Under the pieces are notes generated by a model. It saw nothing but the letters and a program-made list of their open reading frames with translations, had not been told where the DNA came from and searched no databases. From Squalus acanthias (taxonomy: Eukaryota): 64,000 nt of DNA. This document shows positions 24,410 through 38,074 of the stretch, piece after piece. The stretch covers positions 119,476,001-119,540,000 of the forward strand of contig CM059431.1 of assembly GCA_030390025.1 (NCBI GenBank). The letters are read 5' to 3'. The translations under genes and the position numbers were made by a program. Positions within the stretch are counted from its first letter, which is position 1. Each line of letters begins with the position of its first letter.

Positions 24410-27126
24410 GGGCTCGATTTTGCCAGTGTGGGCGGGCTGGGGCGTGTCAGGTGGCATTCGTGTCAGGACCCCGACTCCGAAGTGAAGTGGAGAAAAAGTG
24501 AGATATTCCCCTAATTGGGCAATTGATTTCCAGCGTGTGGGAACCCCTGGCCCAATGAGTCTTTTCATACAGAAAGTCGCCTCCGATGACGTCATCAATG
24601 CTGCTAGATTTAAGGCCTGCAAACAGCCTTGCTTTTTCTGGAGACTGGAAACTTTATGGTGATTGTAGTAAGGAATTCATTGATCGACTATGTCCACCAG
24701 TAGGCCAAAGTGTGCTCCACGCTTCGATGAGCCCTCCATCCAAGCTCTGGTGGAGGGAGCAAGATCGAATAAGGAGGTGCTCTTCCCTTTCTCAGGGAGA
24801 AAAGGGCCACCCCAGCAGGCTAAAGCTGTGTGGCTACAAGTGGCCCAGGAGGTCAACTCCATCTCGATGAGCCGCAGAACCTGGCTGCAGTGCAGGAAGA
24901 GGTTTCATGACCTTCTCCGCACAGGAAAAGTGAGTATGACTTTCCCATCACCCTCAATCTGATCCCCATCGCCTCTCCTCACCAGCACTCTGCTTTGCTA
25001 ACCACTTCCTCCACATCCCACTTGACACTTACATCCCTGCAACCTTACCCATTGCCTCTCTCTCTATGGTCACATTCAATTAACTTTTCGACCATGTAGC
25101 CTTCACACTCCCTATCACTGTGATGCAATAAGAACAACAACTTACAACACACAGGGAGGGCCCTTTGTCTCCTTCTAAGCATCTATGCTATGGATTCTCT
25201 ACACTCACTCGTTCATTCTCACACAAACTCCACTTGTGTCCCTCATTGCAGGAAAAGAGAGCTCACAATAAGAGGGAAAGAGCCATGACAGGAGGAGGGC
25301 CACCCTCAGTATCCTAGCTCACCACCTGGGAGGAGGCGGCCCTGGAAATCGCCGGGATCGAGGAGGATTCCCAAGTGGGGGACGGACAGACGGGTGCATC
25401 ACAGCAAGCTGGTGACAGAATAGTTCGGCATCTCTCTCATTGACATTGCATGAGTCACTGATGATGAATCTGATGCTCTAACAGATTGACTTATGATCAT
25501 CAGCACTAGTCAATGTGCATGTAACCTCAACCTCACATCTCTAACTCTTTCCTTTACTCCCCCACCCACTGTCCAGGGGGAAGAGCCTGAGCTTCCAGAC
25601 TCCTCAGAGGAAGCTGCAACCTCTGAGGGTGCAGCGTCCATAGAATTCAGCACACTCAGCACCAGCGCAGACACTCACACCTCGGTGGGACCTTCGCGAG
25701 ATAGAGTAGTGTTGGCACCTGGTGTATCACAGCTCACAAGTGAGCATCAGCAGATGGTGGAGACAGGTACAGCAGTGGAGATTCCTCGTCGGAGGGTGCA
25801 GGACTCTGCCAGCTCGGCTCAGCTGCATGTCGACTCTATGCCTCCGGGTCCATCCAGAAGGAGAGCGGTGCTGGAACTCCAGGAACAGGTGCAGGAGTCT
25901 CTGGCAGGTTTTGTCTCCAAGGTCGCTGCAAGTGTGGAGCGAATGGAGGAGTCCATCGCAAACATGAGCAGAGCCTTTGAGGAGGCATTGGCGCACGAAC
26001 GCATCACCGCGGAAAGGATGGCAACCTCCGTGGAAAGGATGGCTAACTCCATGGTAAAGCTGGATACTGTAGAGGAGAGGATGGCTACGGTAGAGGAGAG
26101 GATAGCTACGGCCATGGAGGAGCTTAGTCTCCAGCATCTTGAAAACATGGTCATTGTTCAGAATAGACTGACATCTCTTGAGGAGCGATGGTCAGCTATT
26201 GAGCATAGAAACCAGACCTTCATGGAAGTCCTCTGGAGTAGGACTTCCACTGCAGAAATGGGTCCTCATGGCCCCCCTGCAGTGCAGCAAAGTGCTGTCA
26301 AGCCACTTGCTAGCTCTGAAGTGGGGCTGACCCATGAGATGGATGTTGGTGACAGACAACAAGGAAGTGGGGGCTCCTCTCCAAGCACTCACACGAACAT
26401 GCCACTCCAAAGCCCTCGGTCAGAGCCCCACCAGAGTCCTCACCCAACTGAGATGGGCGTCTCAGCCCCTGCACAGCTGTAGGAGCAGCAAACTGTTGCC
26501 GAGCCCTCACAAGTTCGCAACTCCAGAGGACGCCCGCCAAAGACGTCGAGACAGGAGCAGCAAGAAAGTGAGCAAGGGGCCTCCACATCTGCTGAAGCCA
26601 CAGGGGAAGCATCACGTAGCAGCACGTGTAAGAGGATGATAATGCACAAGTAGTCACAAGGGTAGTCACTTGGGTGCTGTGATGTATTATATTTGGACCA
26701 GCTATCCTTGTCATGGTATCATAAACAGATTTGATGGCAAACTGTTGAAGTTGTGGCCTGTGTCATTTCGCAAATGGGACTTTTACATTGAGGGCTTAGG
26801 GCGACTTGCAATTGTCAGTATGGTGGTCAGATTGATAGGAATCCATAGGTTCTTGTCCATTGTCGATGCTCTGGTAAGAAGGTGCTAGACAAAAGTGTTT
26901 GATTGTGCAGGCTAAGAAAATCTGGCCAACATGAGTGCGTCCCTTGCATCCTGGGCAGCAATGTGGTCACGCTCTGGCGCCTTCTGGCCTGTGCAGTTTC
27001 AGGTGGGTGAGCAGCAGCTTGGCGCTCCTGTTGTTGCTCCTGCTGTTGTTCAGGGTTCTGCTGCTGCCGCGGCTGGTCTTCGTCCAAATCTGATGTCCAG
27101 GAGGAAAGGAAATAAATGGTTCCCAT
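24410..27126 (+). mobile_element. Truncated Harbinger transposon nested in Tx1 (spliced Myb/SANT gene +, transposase 3' end -)
   Basis: TIR GGGCTCGATTTTG at 24410, Myb ORF 24690-24929 (RTWLQCRKRFHDLLR, GT donor), and a later coiled-coil exon within 25493-26482. Right boundary approximate. Confidence 0.75.
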
Positions 27127-27504
27127 GCTTCTGCTATATAACTCAGTTGAGGAAGCGCTCAGTCAATGTGGGGAGAGGGGTTTCCCAGGAGGTTACACTG
27201 GAGATGGGTGTCAGGCTCCAAACTTGCACAACAATGGGTATGCCTGCTAAAAGTTCCCCCAGACCTGAGACAACAAAGTTCTGCCACCTGCAAATGATGA
27301 TTGCTGAAAACTCCTTTTTAATGGTGGAGCTGCAGCTGTTACTAAGCAATCCACTTGTGAGGCCGCCAGGAATACCTGGCGTGTTCCAGAGGAGGCGTGT
27401 AGGATGGGGTAAATGTCTAAAAATCAGAAAGGCCTCTCAAAATGGGATTATAGAGGCAATTAAGTGGTTGTTAAGGTCCTTAAGGGCCTATCCCACCTCT
27501 TGGA

Positions 27505-27830
27505 GGTTATCCCCTGTCCCCGTTGTTGTACACATTGGTAGCAGAACCATTAGGTTACATGATGCGAAAGGAACAAGGTGTATTTGGGATTGAGGTTCCC
27601 AGTTCCGGACGGGTGTCGGTGATACACCAATATGCAGATGACACAACCTTAACATTGAAAAATGGGGAGTCAGTGTGGAAAGCTATGGGTGTAGTGGAGG
27701 AATATTGTAAAGCTTCAGGAGTCAGAGTAAATTATAGTAAGTCCTAATGCCTGGTTGCAGAAAGGGGTAGGGCGGAATGGTTGGAGGAAAGTCCCTTTAA
27801 GGTGGTGGAGGTTTTGGAAGTTCTGGGGGT
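27505..27830 (+). pseudogene. Tx1 ORF2 RT core fragment
   Basis: GYPLSPLLYTLVAEPLG...QYADDTTL...SGVRVNYSKS...VLEVLGV. Confidence 0.85.
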
Positions 27831-29221
27831 TTTAAGACGTTCTGATTGTCTGACAGTTTATAGAGTTCAGACCCGTGGAACAGACAACACAAAACCCAAT
27901 GAATCTGTGAAACTTCTTTTACTTAAAAATCAACAAGAGGTTACAAGTAATTACCAGAATACAAACTGTACTCAATTCATGTACTTATTACAAGCAAACA
28001 TCTAAAATCATTTACTTTAAGCTCAGGTGATTATAAGCGCCACATACGTACTAACACCAGATGAGAGGTCAATTCAATGATGACTAGACGTATGACTTTA
28101 ACTGGCAACTGACCAGGTCACCAGCAACTACAGCCACAAATGTCAGCCTACAACATCCCTTATACCCCAAAACTTGGCAACTCGCCCACAGCATTTGTGT
28201 CCCATACTGTGATTAACGTTGTTTTTCTCTCTCTCCTTCTATCTGTTTTGACGCTTAGTTAACCAAGGCCAGACATTCAAGGATTGGAGAGAGTCATTGT
28301 TTTCATGTTTCCAGGTTGTTGATTTGTGGTTCTCATAGAATTTTCAAGATCTTATCTTTAGAAGGAAAAATACCAGCACATTGGCCCAAAAATTAGTCTC
28401 ACTACGCGAGAGTATGCACTGTGTACTCTCGCGTATTCTGTCTCCAATTGCCGGTTTTCTGCATGCACTGCGCATGCGCTGAAAACCGGCACTTGGTGAT
28501 TTCAAAAGGGGGCGGTTCCTAGGTGAACCGCGTGCGCGCTACAGGCTGCGCGCACGCAGTGCACTTAGTGCTTTGAACGCGCAGGTAAGCATGGAAGATT
28601 TTGCACATAAAGAAAGGAGGCATAAGACCCTCTTTTAACAAGGTAAGTAGTTAATTAAGTATTATTTTGAATTTTTTTCAACAAGTATATCTTTTTTAGA
28701 GACTTTAAAGAAAGGTAAGTTTATTTTTATAACTTTTAAAAAGATTTTAAATTTTTTCAAAAATTTAATTTTTTGTTTAAAGTGGTTAATTTATTTAACT
28801 ATACTTATTTTATTAATGTGATGGTTTTTAAAAAAAATTAATTGAGGTTTAGCTGTTCTTTTGGGGGGGTATAGTATTCATAACTTTCACAGCCCTTGCT
28901 GTGAAAACTATAAATGAAAGATGGTGTGCTGCCATTGGCTCTAACTGAATCACGTGATCCCACAGCTCGCACGAATTAACTGCGTCTGTGGGATACGCAC
29001 ACACTGCACAGCTGCTGTCTAGAAACTCAAGTTCGTGCGAGCTCGGAAGGAAAAGGCAGGCGCACAGTGAGATATCGCGGGGAAGCCTTACCCCCGCAGG
29101 AAGGCTCCGTCTTTAATTTCTGGGCCATGATGTTTTAGCCAAGCAGTCTCTTGCCCTCAAAGCTTGTTGTTACATTTGGTCACTTTTCGATTCAGTCAAG
29201 TTTACCATGGACAGTGTTACA
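27831..29221 (-). repeat. 3' LTR of element B (split by a MITE)
   Basis: Matches 48469-49114 apart from the 28383-29126 insert. Confidence 0.9.
28383..29126. mobile_element. Harbinger-type MITE inside the 3' LTR of B
   Basis: TIRs GGCCCAAAAATTA / TAATTTCTGGGCC. Absent from the 5' LTR. Confidence 0.85.
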
Positions 29222-29249
29222 TAATCCACCCTCAAGTGTCTGAACCTAA

Positions 29250-32200
29250 ATTTATATGTTGTCATCATCCTCTTCTTTCCGGGTCTTCTGTAACAGCTTG
29301 ACCAATGCTTGCTGCTTGCGGCATCTGTTGACTCGACAAGTTATTATCAATAAGTATAAAACAATCACCAACTGAACAACGACTAAAACATGGGAGGTAA
29401 TTCTTATCCAGGGGTGAATCTCGATATTCATACCAATAGCCCACCAAGACTTAGATATTTCTTTGCGCAGATTCCGTTTTTTCTGGGTCAGGGTATAAAA
29501 GTGCTTTTGAGACTGACTAACTCATTGCATTAACTCTACCAGGTGTTCTGGTAGAGGTGGAATTTCATAGCCGAATCGAGTCACATGCTGGTGTAATTGC
29601 TCTTTTAATTCATCTTCTACAGCGATATCTACTTGCCTATGTGAATAAATGCTACATAAGAACATAAGAAATAGGAGCAGGAATAGGCCACTTGGCCCCT
29701 CGAGCCTGCTCCGCCATTCAATAAGATCATGGCTGATCTTGGGATCAAAGCCACTTCCCTGCCCGCTCCCCATAACCCTTCACTCCCTTATCTTGCAAAA
29801 ATTTGTCTATCTCCACCTTAAATGTATTTAATGACCCAGCCTCCACAGCTCTCTGTGGCAGAGAATTCCAAAGATTTACGACCCTCTGAGAGAAGAAATT
29901 CCTCCTCATCTCAGTTCTAAAAGGGCGACCCTTTATTCTAAAACTGTGCCCCCGCGTTCTAGATTTCCCCACGAGGGGAAACATCCTCTCTGCATCTACC
30001 TTGTCGTGCCCCCTCGGTATCTTATATGTTTCAATAAGATCACCTCTAATTCTTCGTAATTCCAATGAGTATAGGCCCAGCCTGCTCAACCTTTCCTCAT
30101 AAGTCAACCCCCTCATCTCTGGAATTAACTATGTGAATCATCTCTGAACTGCCTCCAATTCAAGTATATCCTTCCTTAAATAAGGTGTCCAAAACTGTAC
30201 GCAGTACTCAAGGTGTGGTCTCACCAATACCCTGTACAGTTGTAGCAGGACTTCCCTGCTTTTATACTCCAACCCCTTTGAAATAAAGTCCAACATTCCA
30301 TTTGCCTTTATGATTACTTGCTGTACCTGCATGCTAACTTTTTGTGTTTCATGCACAAGGACCACCAGGTCCCTCTGAACTGTAGCATTTTGTTATCTCT
30401 CTCCATTTAAATAATAATTTGCTTTTTTATTTTTCCTGCCAATGTGTATAACTTCGCACTTTCCCACATTATACTCCATCTGCCAAATGTTTGCCGACTC
30501 ACTTAACCTGTTTATATCCCTTTGCAAGTTCTTTGATTCCTCTGCACAACTTGCTTTCCCACCCATCTTTGTATCATCTGCAAACTTGGCTACATTACAC
30601 TCGGTCCCTTCATCCAAGTCATTAATGTAGATTGTAAATATAATTCTAATATAATTGAAATAAAACCCGCGCCCCAAGCCTTACAGGTTGGACTGGGGTA
30701 AAGCAAAAAAGTTCCTGCCGCAATGGGACAAGTCAGGTTGTTACCATAATGGTATTCCCGGTGTATGGTAGTGACGCAATATTCACCTTTCCCTCGGTGC
30801 ACAGATTGTACGGGGAAAAGCTTTCCTGCAATTACTTTCATGGTGCAGTTCCATTCTACCCCATCCCAATCAAATCCACACGCAGGGGCTGCGTGTTCAC
30901 CACATCATAAGGGCAGATGAATGTATCCCGAGCTTGAGCGCACCCGATAAGAGCTGGGGCCACCCATGTGATCCCATCTACCCGGCACATACTGCGGGGG
31001 TTCGTCATACCTTATTAAGTGGTCTCCCTGATGTATTCCAATATTCTCCACACAGGTTAGAGGATTTGGGGTTGCCTTTACGTGCAGGATGGGATTATGC
31101 AATACCATCCCTAATAAGGTGATGTTGTCCTGTTCCTGCAAATGACATTTGTGTTTTACCGGGTACACTTGTACCAACCCCCTGACTTTACACATAGTTA
31201 TGGTAAATTGATAAGTGGACATTGCCCTCAGGTGTCGATCAGTCACCCACAAGGGAAGCTTCCCCTCAGCAATGCACTGCAGGTTTTCACGGGCTTGTTC
31301 CCCTAACCAGGATCCATACATTACACAAACACCATTTTGCACGGCCTCACTAGAGGCATTCAGATTCTCCTTTAAAATTTGGTTTATCTTTTTCGCATGG
31401 GATTCTAAATATTTAACCATGTCCTGCAGATGAATGTCATAATTTGTTCCTCCTTCTATTCCTCTTGTTCCAGACCATTCATTTTATTCAGAATTTCCTT
31501 TAGACGATTTCTAAACGCCTTTACAGATTGATCGAAATCAGCCAAATCAAGGCTATTAACGAGGGAGGTTCCGGTATTAAAAACAATGGCTGCATCATTT
31601 ATCAGACCCCGTCGCGTTCTGATATGGTCCCCTTTAACCCCATAACCGATGTTGTTTCCTTCAATGATCTCAGTATTTTTCCCAAAGTTATTGTTAAATC
31701 CATTACCATCTCCTGAACCCTTGCGATATAACGGTTCTAATTCTGATTCTGCCAGTGTTGTGCTGGCCTTTTCCCAAAATCCCTCTATTAATCCCTGCAT
31801 CGTTCTCCCATATAACCGCGCTGTTTCTGGTTTGCACCGGTTTGGCAGATCCACTTCAGTCAGATTTAATATTACAGGTACCACCTCATGATGCACATCA
31901 TGGTACAATACCATCCGAGTTGGGATTACCATGAAACCATTTGTTGGCTCCGGAGAGTGTTTGGGAACCAGACAACTCGGGTTTCCTGTTGTTCTTCCTG
32001 CAATTGTGTTTTATTTGGCGGGGGTGGGGGTGAAGTTTAGGACGGACTTTCAATTCCACCGTGTGTATTATTCCGGTTTTACATTCCTGCACATGATAAT
32101 GTGGGCAACCCTCCGAACCCCTATACTGCCTTCCCTCCCTGTCCACGGACCATTGCTAGGGACCCCTGTCATCTATTCCATTCGCTGAGATACCTTTCCC

Positions 32201-32725
32201 GCCTATCCAGTGGACGGGAGCTCCACAGAGCGGCTCTGCAGATATAAAACTATGGTTTGATAGCGTCCCCGAAGGGTTTATGCATCCATTGATTCCCTCA
32301 TGCTCCTGCCACCACCGTGGCCAACATAACAGGGTGTCTCCCGCTGCTCGGGATTGGGTCGGGCTTCCTACATTTCCCCGAGGGTTCCCTATCTGATAAT
32401 GCCTTGAATGGTTACCTGGTTCTCCTTGTAAAAACCACACCCTTGGCCGGGTGGGGCGATCTTTGCATTTTATGCAGACCCTCCCTACCTTCCTGGATCT
32501 CATAAGTGGTAACCCATACTGTCCCTGAATACACGGTTTCACAATTAACCTTGATGTACTGGAGGGTAATGTTTCGAGTGGTGTCCCGGGGTGGTGTCTC
32601 CGGGGCAACTGCAATTGAACTATTATCGGGAAAATAGTTAGTGTTGGTCCAGTATACTGAATAGGCTGACAGAAATCTTCGAGATAGAGCAGAATCCTGA
32701 TCATTGACCAGAATAATTCCTTCAT
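29250..32725 (-). pseudogene. env: env of element B, homologous to family A env (frameshifted, CR1-interrupted)
   Basis: IRTRR|GLINDAAIVFNTGTSLVNSLD vs RQRR|GLVNDAFTAFNTGTSVVNALD; FGYEIPPLPEHL vs FGYLIPPLPEHL; WIRITSHVLVV vs WVRIASHILVV. Confidence 0.9.
29654..30640 (-). mobile_element. 5'-truncated CR1 LINE inserted in env B
   Basis: KFADDTKMGG, LVRPHLEYCVQFW, RRNFFSQRVVNLWNSLP and a (TTCTTATG)n tail. Confidence 0.9.
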
Positions 32726-32993
32726 TTTATACAGTCCATGCTCTCAATACTGATGTATTTTTAAAAACAAAACAAAACAAAATGGGCTTCGTGATTTTCT
32801 TTTTCTGTATCGTGCAATTTTCTCACCCCTACCACTGATGATACTTCAAGGGTGTCTTTTTATTTCTTTTACTATGCTGCCATGGGGTAGGAGGGGTCTG
32901 TTGGATTCGTCTGCGGACAGGAGGTGGTTCCGGGCCTGGGGATGAGGAGGTTTCTACAGCTCCCATGTCCTGTCCACCTTCATTTGAATCACT

Positions 32994-33456
32994 GGGCTGG
33001 AATTTCATTGACCTGTGGAGGCGGGTTTGGAGGCGTGTGGGGGGTTAAAATTGCGAAAACTGACGGGCGGGCACAAGTCCGCGTCCATCCCGCCTCCATG
33101 CAATTTTCATTAAATCGTGTCTGCTGGTCCCGATTCCGTCCAGCCTTTAAGAGGCGGGATAGGCTGTTAAGGCCCTTATCAAGCACTAAATTGGCTCTAT
33201 AATGCCATTTTGATAGGCCTTTGTGATTTTAACCCTTGATCTATGTGAAGCACGCCTGTTCTGAACCACGATTGTGAAACCTGGCGGGAGCACATTTGGA
33301 TAGCTGACTATCAGCTGCAGGTCCACTATTACAATGGAGATGTGATGAAGGTAGTAGTAGTATTTGGTCTGAAAGTCGCCTCTGATGCTGCTGCATTGAA
33401 CGTCTTCAGAGACTGCCTGGCCTTTGCTGTGAGAGGACCTGGATGCAAAAAAAAAT

Positions 33457-33510
<54 letters not shown>

Positions 33511-33776
33511 TAGAGATGCTACTCATTTTGCATCCAGGTCCTCTCACAGCAAAGGCCAGGCAGTCTCTGACCTGCAATGCAGCAGCAATGATGACATCAT
33601 CAGAGGCAACTTTCAGACTGAAACCACTAATTGATTCATGGGTTCCCACATGCTGGAACTCAATTGCCCAATTAGGTGAAAATTGCATCAATCTCCCACA
33701 TCCAATTGCAGTCGGGTGGATAACACAAAATGCGGATGACACAACCCCAACCCGCCCCAGTATCAAAATCCAGCCC
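32994..33776. mobile_element. Harbinger-derived MITE with a long internal hairpin around a (TC)n tract
   Basis: TIRs GGGCTGGAATTT / AAAATCCAGCCC. Its subterminal sequence resembles 24510-24620. Confidence 0.75.
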
Positions 33777-33885
33777 CTTGTACCTGTGGAGGCACCACTT
33801 CAGTCAAGGGTGCCTCATTGGGTGGGGCTGTCCCATTAGGCACCCCCTCTTCATCATCCCACTGGGAAGGATAAATCCGGCTGAC

Positions 33886-35020
33886 TGAAGGGATATTTAC
33901 TAGTCCTAGCCCCTTTAGGGCTACCCTGGATCAGGAATATTTCTCAGACATTCAATTTCAACTAAAGTTTGAGGTAGCCGAATCCTAAAGGCGCTTAACT
34001 GGGTCTAAAGGTCTGGGCTAGCTCTCCCTAAAGGAAAGGAACAACCCGAGAATGTTACCATCCTCCAGATAGCGCTTTTAATAAGTTTAGCTAGACTGTA
34101 ACGTTCTGGATATTATGAGGGTCCGGAAAACTCCCTCAGAATTCTGCAACTCCTCACCAAAGAGTGCACAGAGATTGAGTTCACGAGTTTTTGATACAGA
34201 AGTCTTATGTGAGACAATTCTAAAAATATATACATTTATTAAAGAACCGACATGCAATTTACAGTTGGTGAATCAGTCAATCACAACATTAACCATTCTA
34301 AAAAGAGAAAAAATGCTATCTTATTATCAACAGAGAATCTTACTTTTAAATCTTAACTTCACTACAGTATTACAGTTCTTAATGATTTCTATTCAGGATA
34401 TCCATCAATATCAAATACCTTTGATCCCCGAGGTACAAAAAGTTGGAGACTACAGAGCCGCCTCTGAAGCCGAGAATAGCTTTGCCCGATTAAAACGAGT
34501 CTGTTATCCCATTTGAGAGTTCAATATTTATACCCTTTTCCAGTGGTATTTCCTTTAAGGTTTTCTGCTGATGCAAGCTAATTATCTCTAGTCATTTTTC
34601 TGCTGACCTCTGCAATTCTTACTGCCACATCAGCCAGAATCATGTCTCATCTCTAGGTGTTCTAAGTTTACCATATAAAAACGGTGTGATGGCAGGTGTT
34701 CCTTACTTTATGTCATCTTTACGAGGGCTGATTTTCCTTATCTTATCTTTACGAAGTGTAAATTAGAACACCTTATCCAGGGTGAACCATTGTTTCGTTC
34801 CCAAAAGTTCAGCTTGTCGGAACCCTTCACCTTCTGTTTCAATAAGGTTATTTATTCAGGGTCAACAACTGTCTTATCTCAACAGCCAGAATGCTTTCAT
34901 AGCTATTTTATAGTTAGGTTTCTAAATTTCCAAACCCAGTTTGTCATGTTTTAATAAGGCCAGAATTCTTTCATTAAGATAGTGTATTTTTCTGAATAGG
35001 TTATATGGCTTATTCCTTCA
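33886..35020 (-). repeat. Probable solo LTR of an unrelated family
   Basis: Termini TGAAGGGATA...TATTCCTTCA, with minus-strand TATAAA (~34530) and AATAAA (~34240). TSD not clean. Confidence 0.5.
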
Positions 35021-35023
35021 CAC

Positions 35024-35810
35024 TCACCATGTTCATAATCTTGGCTTGTTGTCTTCTTGACCTGCTTGTGGGCTGAAAAAGCTTAATCTGGTTAATATGA
35101 AACCATTTGATTTCCTTAGGTAACTGAACCATGTATACCATAGGACTAGCTTTGTCAACAATGTTATACAGCCCCTTTTAGAGGGGCTCAAAAACTCCCA
35201 TCTTCGCATAGTTTTGTACCATTACCTGGCTCTCCAATTCCCATTCCTGGGGTTTACTCGGAGCCACGTGTAGTCGGTTGCGTTGGTGTGCCGTCCCAAT
35301 GTTGTGGGCGGCCCTCAAGTTCAGTTCTTTTAAAGTTCCCCACAGGTCACTCAGGAATTTGTCCCGAGTCACCTCCTTAATTTGTTTATCAGTCAGAGTG
35401 GGGACCAACAGGTGTGTGGGGGTTTGCATGGGTCTCCCTGTTACCAATTCATGAGCAGAGTAACCCGTTCCTTTGGATTTGTGACTACGTATCCCCATAA
35501 GGATTAGGGGAAGTACCTCATCACACTTAGTGTGCTGTTCGTTTAATTCCTTTCGCAGAGCCAACTTCGATGTACGGTTCATTCTTCCCACAATTCCCGA
35601 TGACTGCGGGTTGTGTGTCACATGCTATTTCCCTTCAATTCCAAGCAATTTCAGAGTGGCTTGCATTACCTGACCTGTAAAATGACTTCCCTGGCCTGAC
35701 TCTACCACGTGAGGAAGTCCCCATCTGGAGAATACCTCTCTAACTAGGGTCTTGGTTGTCCATGAGGCTGTGGCCGACTTGCACGGGAAGACTTCTACCC
35801 ACCTGGTAAT
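35024..35810 (-). pseudogene. pol: Integrase core and C-terminal remnant of element B
   Basis: TRWVEVFPCK...VFSRWGLPHVVESGQGSHFTG...HNPQSSGIVGRMNRT, followed by a GPY/F-like KGLYNIVDK...KWFHINQIK module. Confidence 0.85.
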
Positions 35811-35899
35811 CTTGCACCATCAACACCCATCTGGCTCCATGCTTAAAAGAAAATACAGACAATCCATTGTGGTTTGCCTACGAGCCCAATAGTTCTATT

Positions 35900-36045
35900 T
35901 GTCTGACAGTTTATAGAGTTCAGACCCGTGGAACAGACAACACAAATCCCAATGAATTTGTGAAACTTTTTTTACTTAAAAATCAACAAGAGGTTACAAG
36001 TAATTACCAGAATACAAACTGTACTTAATTCATGTACATATTACA
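35900..36045 (-). repeat. Internal partial copy of the family B LTR
   Basis: TGTCTGACAGTTTATAGAGTTCAGACCC... matches 27847 and 48485 onward for about 145 bp. Confidence 0.85.
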
Positions 36046-38074
36046 ATTCCTGATTCCCTTCTGTCACTGTGGGGAAATATTCACTTAAAACGGAGCAGGC
36101 TCAAGGGGCCGTATGGCCTACTCCTGCTCTTATTTCTTATTAAGAAACTTAAATTTAATAATGTCCAATATCTTTAAATTTCATTCAGCAATAAAAAGCT
36201 GCTTTGCGGTGAATATAAAAAAAACAGATGTCAGTGGAAAGGGTTAACTCCTTTGCCAGTTTGTAAGAAGGCGGAGCAAATTGTTAGATGCATGCAATTG
36301 CGTCACTTCACGTAAATTTTGAAAAAACTTTCCTGATTGAAAAAGACAGTTTGGTTTTCACAATGTAACAGGTTAGTTAACTTTTTTTTCAAAAGAAGAC
36401 AAACCCAGATACCATCAATCAATGTCAACTTGTGTCACACAGCCTCTTGCAGCTTTCAGGTAAATTTAAAACTAAATCTTTGTGCCTTTAAAATTAGTAA
36501 CACCACTACAAACATTTTGTAAAACAACTCCACACACAATAATAGCATTTCTATTGTTTTCCCCTGGTCACACATACTTGAAATTGGTCAGAAATTTCAA
36601 AAATACCAATTGTTGATGTGATTGCCTCATGTCCGGAACTAAAGGCTTTCACACAATTTACACCAACCAGAATTTCACCGTGGCCACAATAAAAGTCTGG
36701 TTTAAACAGGTTAATTAACCTCAATAACTCCAATTCAATTCAAACCAGTATCTTAAACTAACCAGTACCACTTGGAAAACAAAAGTGGGAGGAGCTTCCC
36801 TCAGCTTGTAGCTTCGAAACATTCATACAAGTTTTTTTCAGACATCACTACACTGAAAGTAGAAGAGGGACAGGAGCTTTCCTTTCTCCTGTTTTTATTT
36901 CACTATAGGCTACTTGTCAAAAACTTAGAAAGTGGGCGTCTCGGACATGCAGTAACCAAATTAAGAAGACAGTGCTTTGTAAACGTTCAATTGATTTAAA
37001 ATCAAATCAAACAATTGCTATTTTTTGTAATACAATTAGAACAAAGTACTTTCAAAAAGTCCAAATTCATTTCTACCAGACATGATTAGAAACCATGGCA
37101 ACTGTAACGTCAAGGCTGAAGCTTATCTTTTGTAAAACAAACTGCCTCTGATTTACAGTTTGCTGTACAAGCTGTCCCAGTCAAAATATATCTACAGCAG
37201 TGTCTTTAACTTAAAAATACAAATCACAAAGTTTCTCCCACTTCTAGGCGCACAATCTTAAATTGAATTGAACATATTTAACACATCCACACTCCAACAT
37301 GTAAGATAAGACTTCAGAGGGTTAAAAAGGTTTAACTCCAAGCACAGAAAAGTGGGTGGAGCTAAAACAAATACAACAGACACTGAGGGCTGGATTTTGT
37401 CAGCCCCGAGGAGGCGGGCATGGAGGCAGGACTGCCGGTAAAGTAGCAGAAAGTGGGGGCGGATGGCAAACCCGCCCCCATCCCGCCTCCGTGCCCTTTT
37501 GCCAGGAGGCGGGAAGATGTCCTGTTTTTGGTCCCATCTCCTCGAGACGGGAAAGGGATTAAATCCTTTTAACTGCCTGTTAACAGGTAGTTAACAGGCT
37601 GAAAAAAGGATTAGTGCCATTTTACCTTCTCAGATGAAGGCTTCCCAACCTCGGAGAACCCTGCCAGGTTGGAGGAGTCGAGTAGGAGGTCTGTGGGGGT
37701 CGGAGGGGCCTGAAAGTGAGATGTAGAGGTGGGTGATGGGTGCAAGTGTGGAGTGGTAAGTATGTGAGGCGAGTGTTAAGTGTTAGAAAGTGTTCACTTA
37801 CCTTTATTTCTGCCTACAGCCTTCATCCGCTCTGGATCGGGAGTCCCAACATCTTCCTTGTAGATTTCACAGACTGGCTATTGGATCCTCTGAACCAACA
37901 GTCATCTGAAATCTACAAAGTTGAAAGGTTTGATGAGTCCTGAACACAAGGGCTCATCAAACTACACAGAATGTCAGTGTTTGACAGCTTCACAGAGCTG
38001 TCAAATGCTGACATTTCTTCATTCAAGAAGTCTTGACAGATCGCACGTCAGACGTTAACGTGCTCTGTCAGTGA

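Noticed and set aside
25493..26482. 329-aa ORF as a host gene
   Set aside because: It lies inside a Harbinger, downstream of the Myb exons, and is best read as a later exon of the transposon Myb-like gene.
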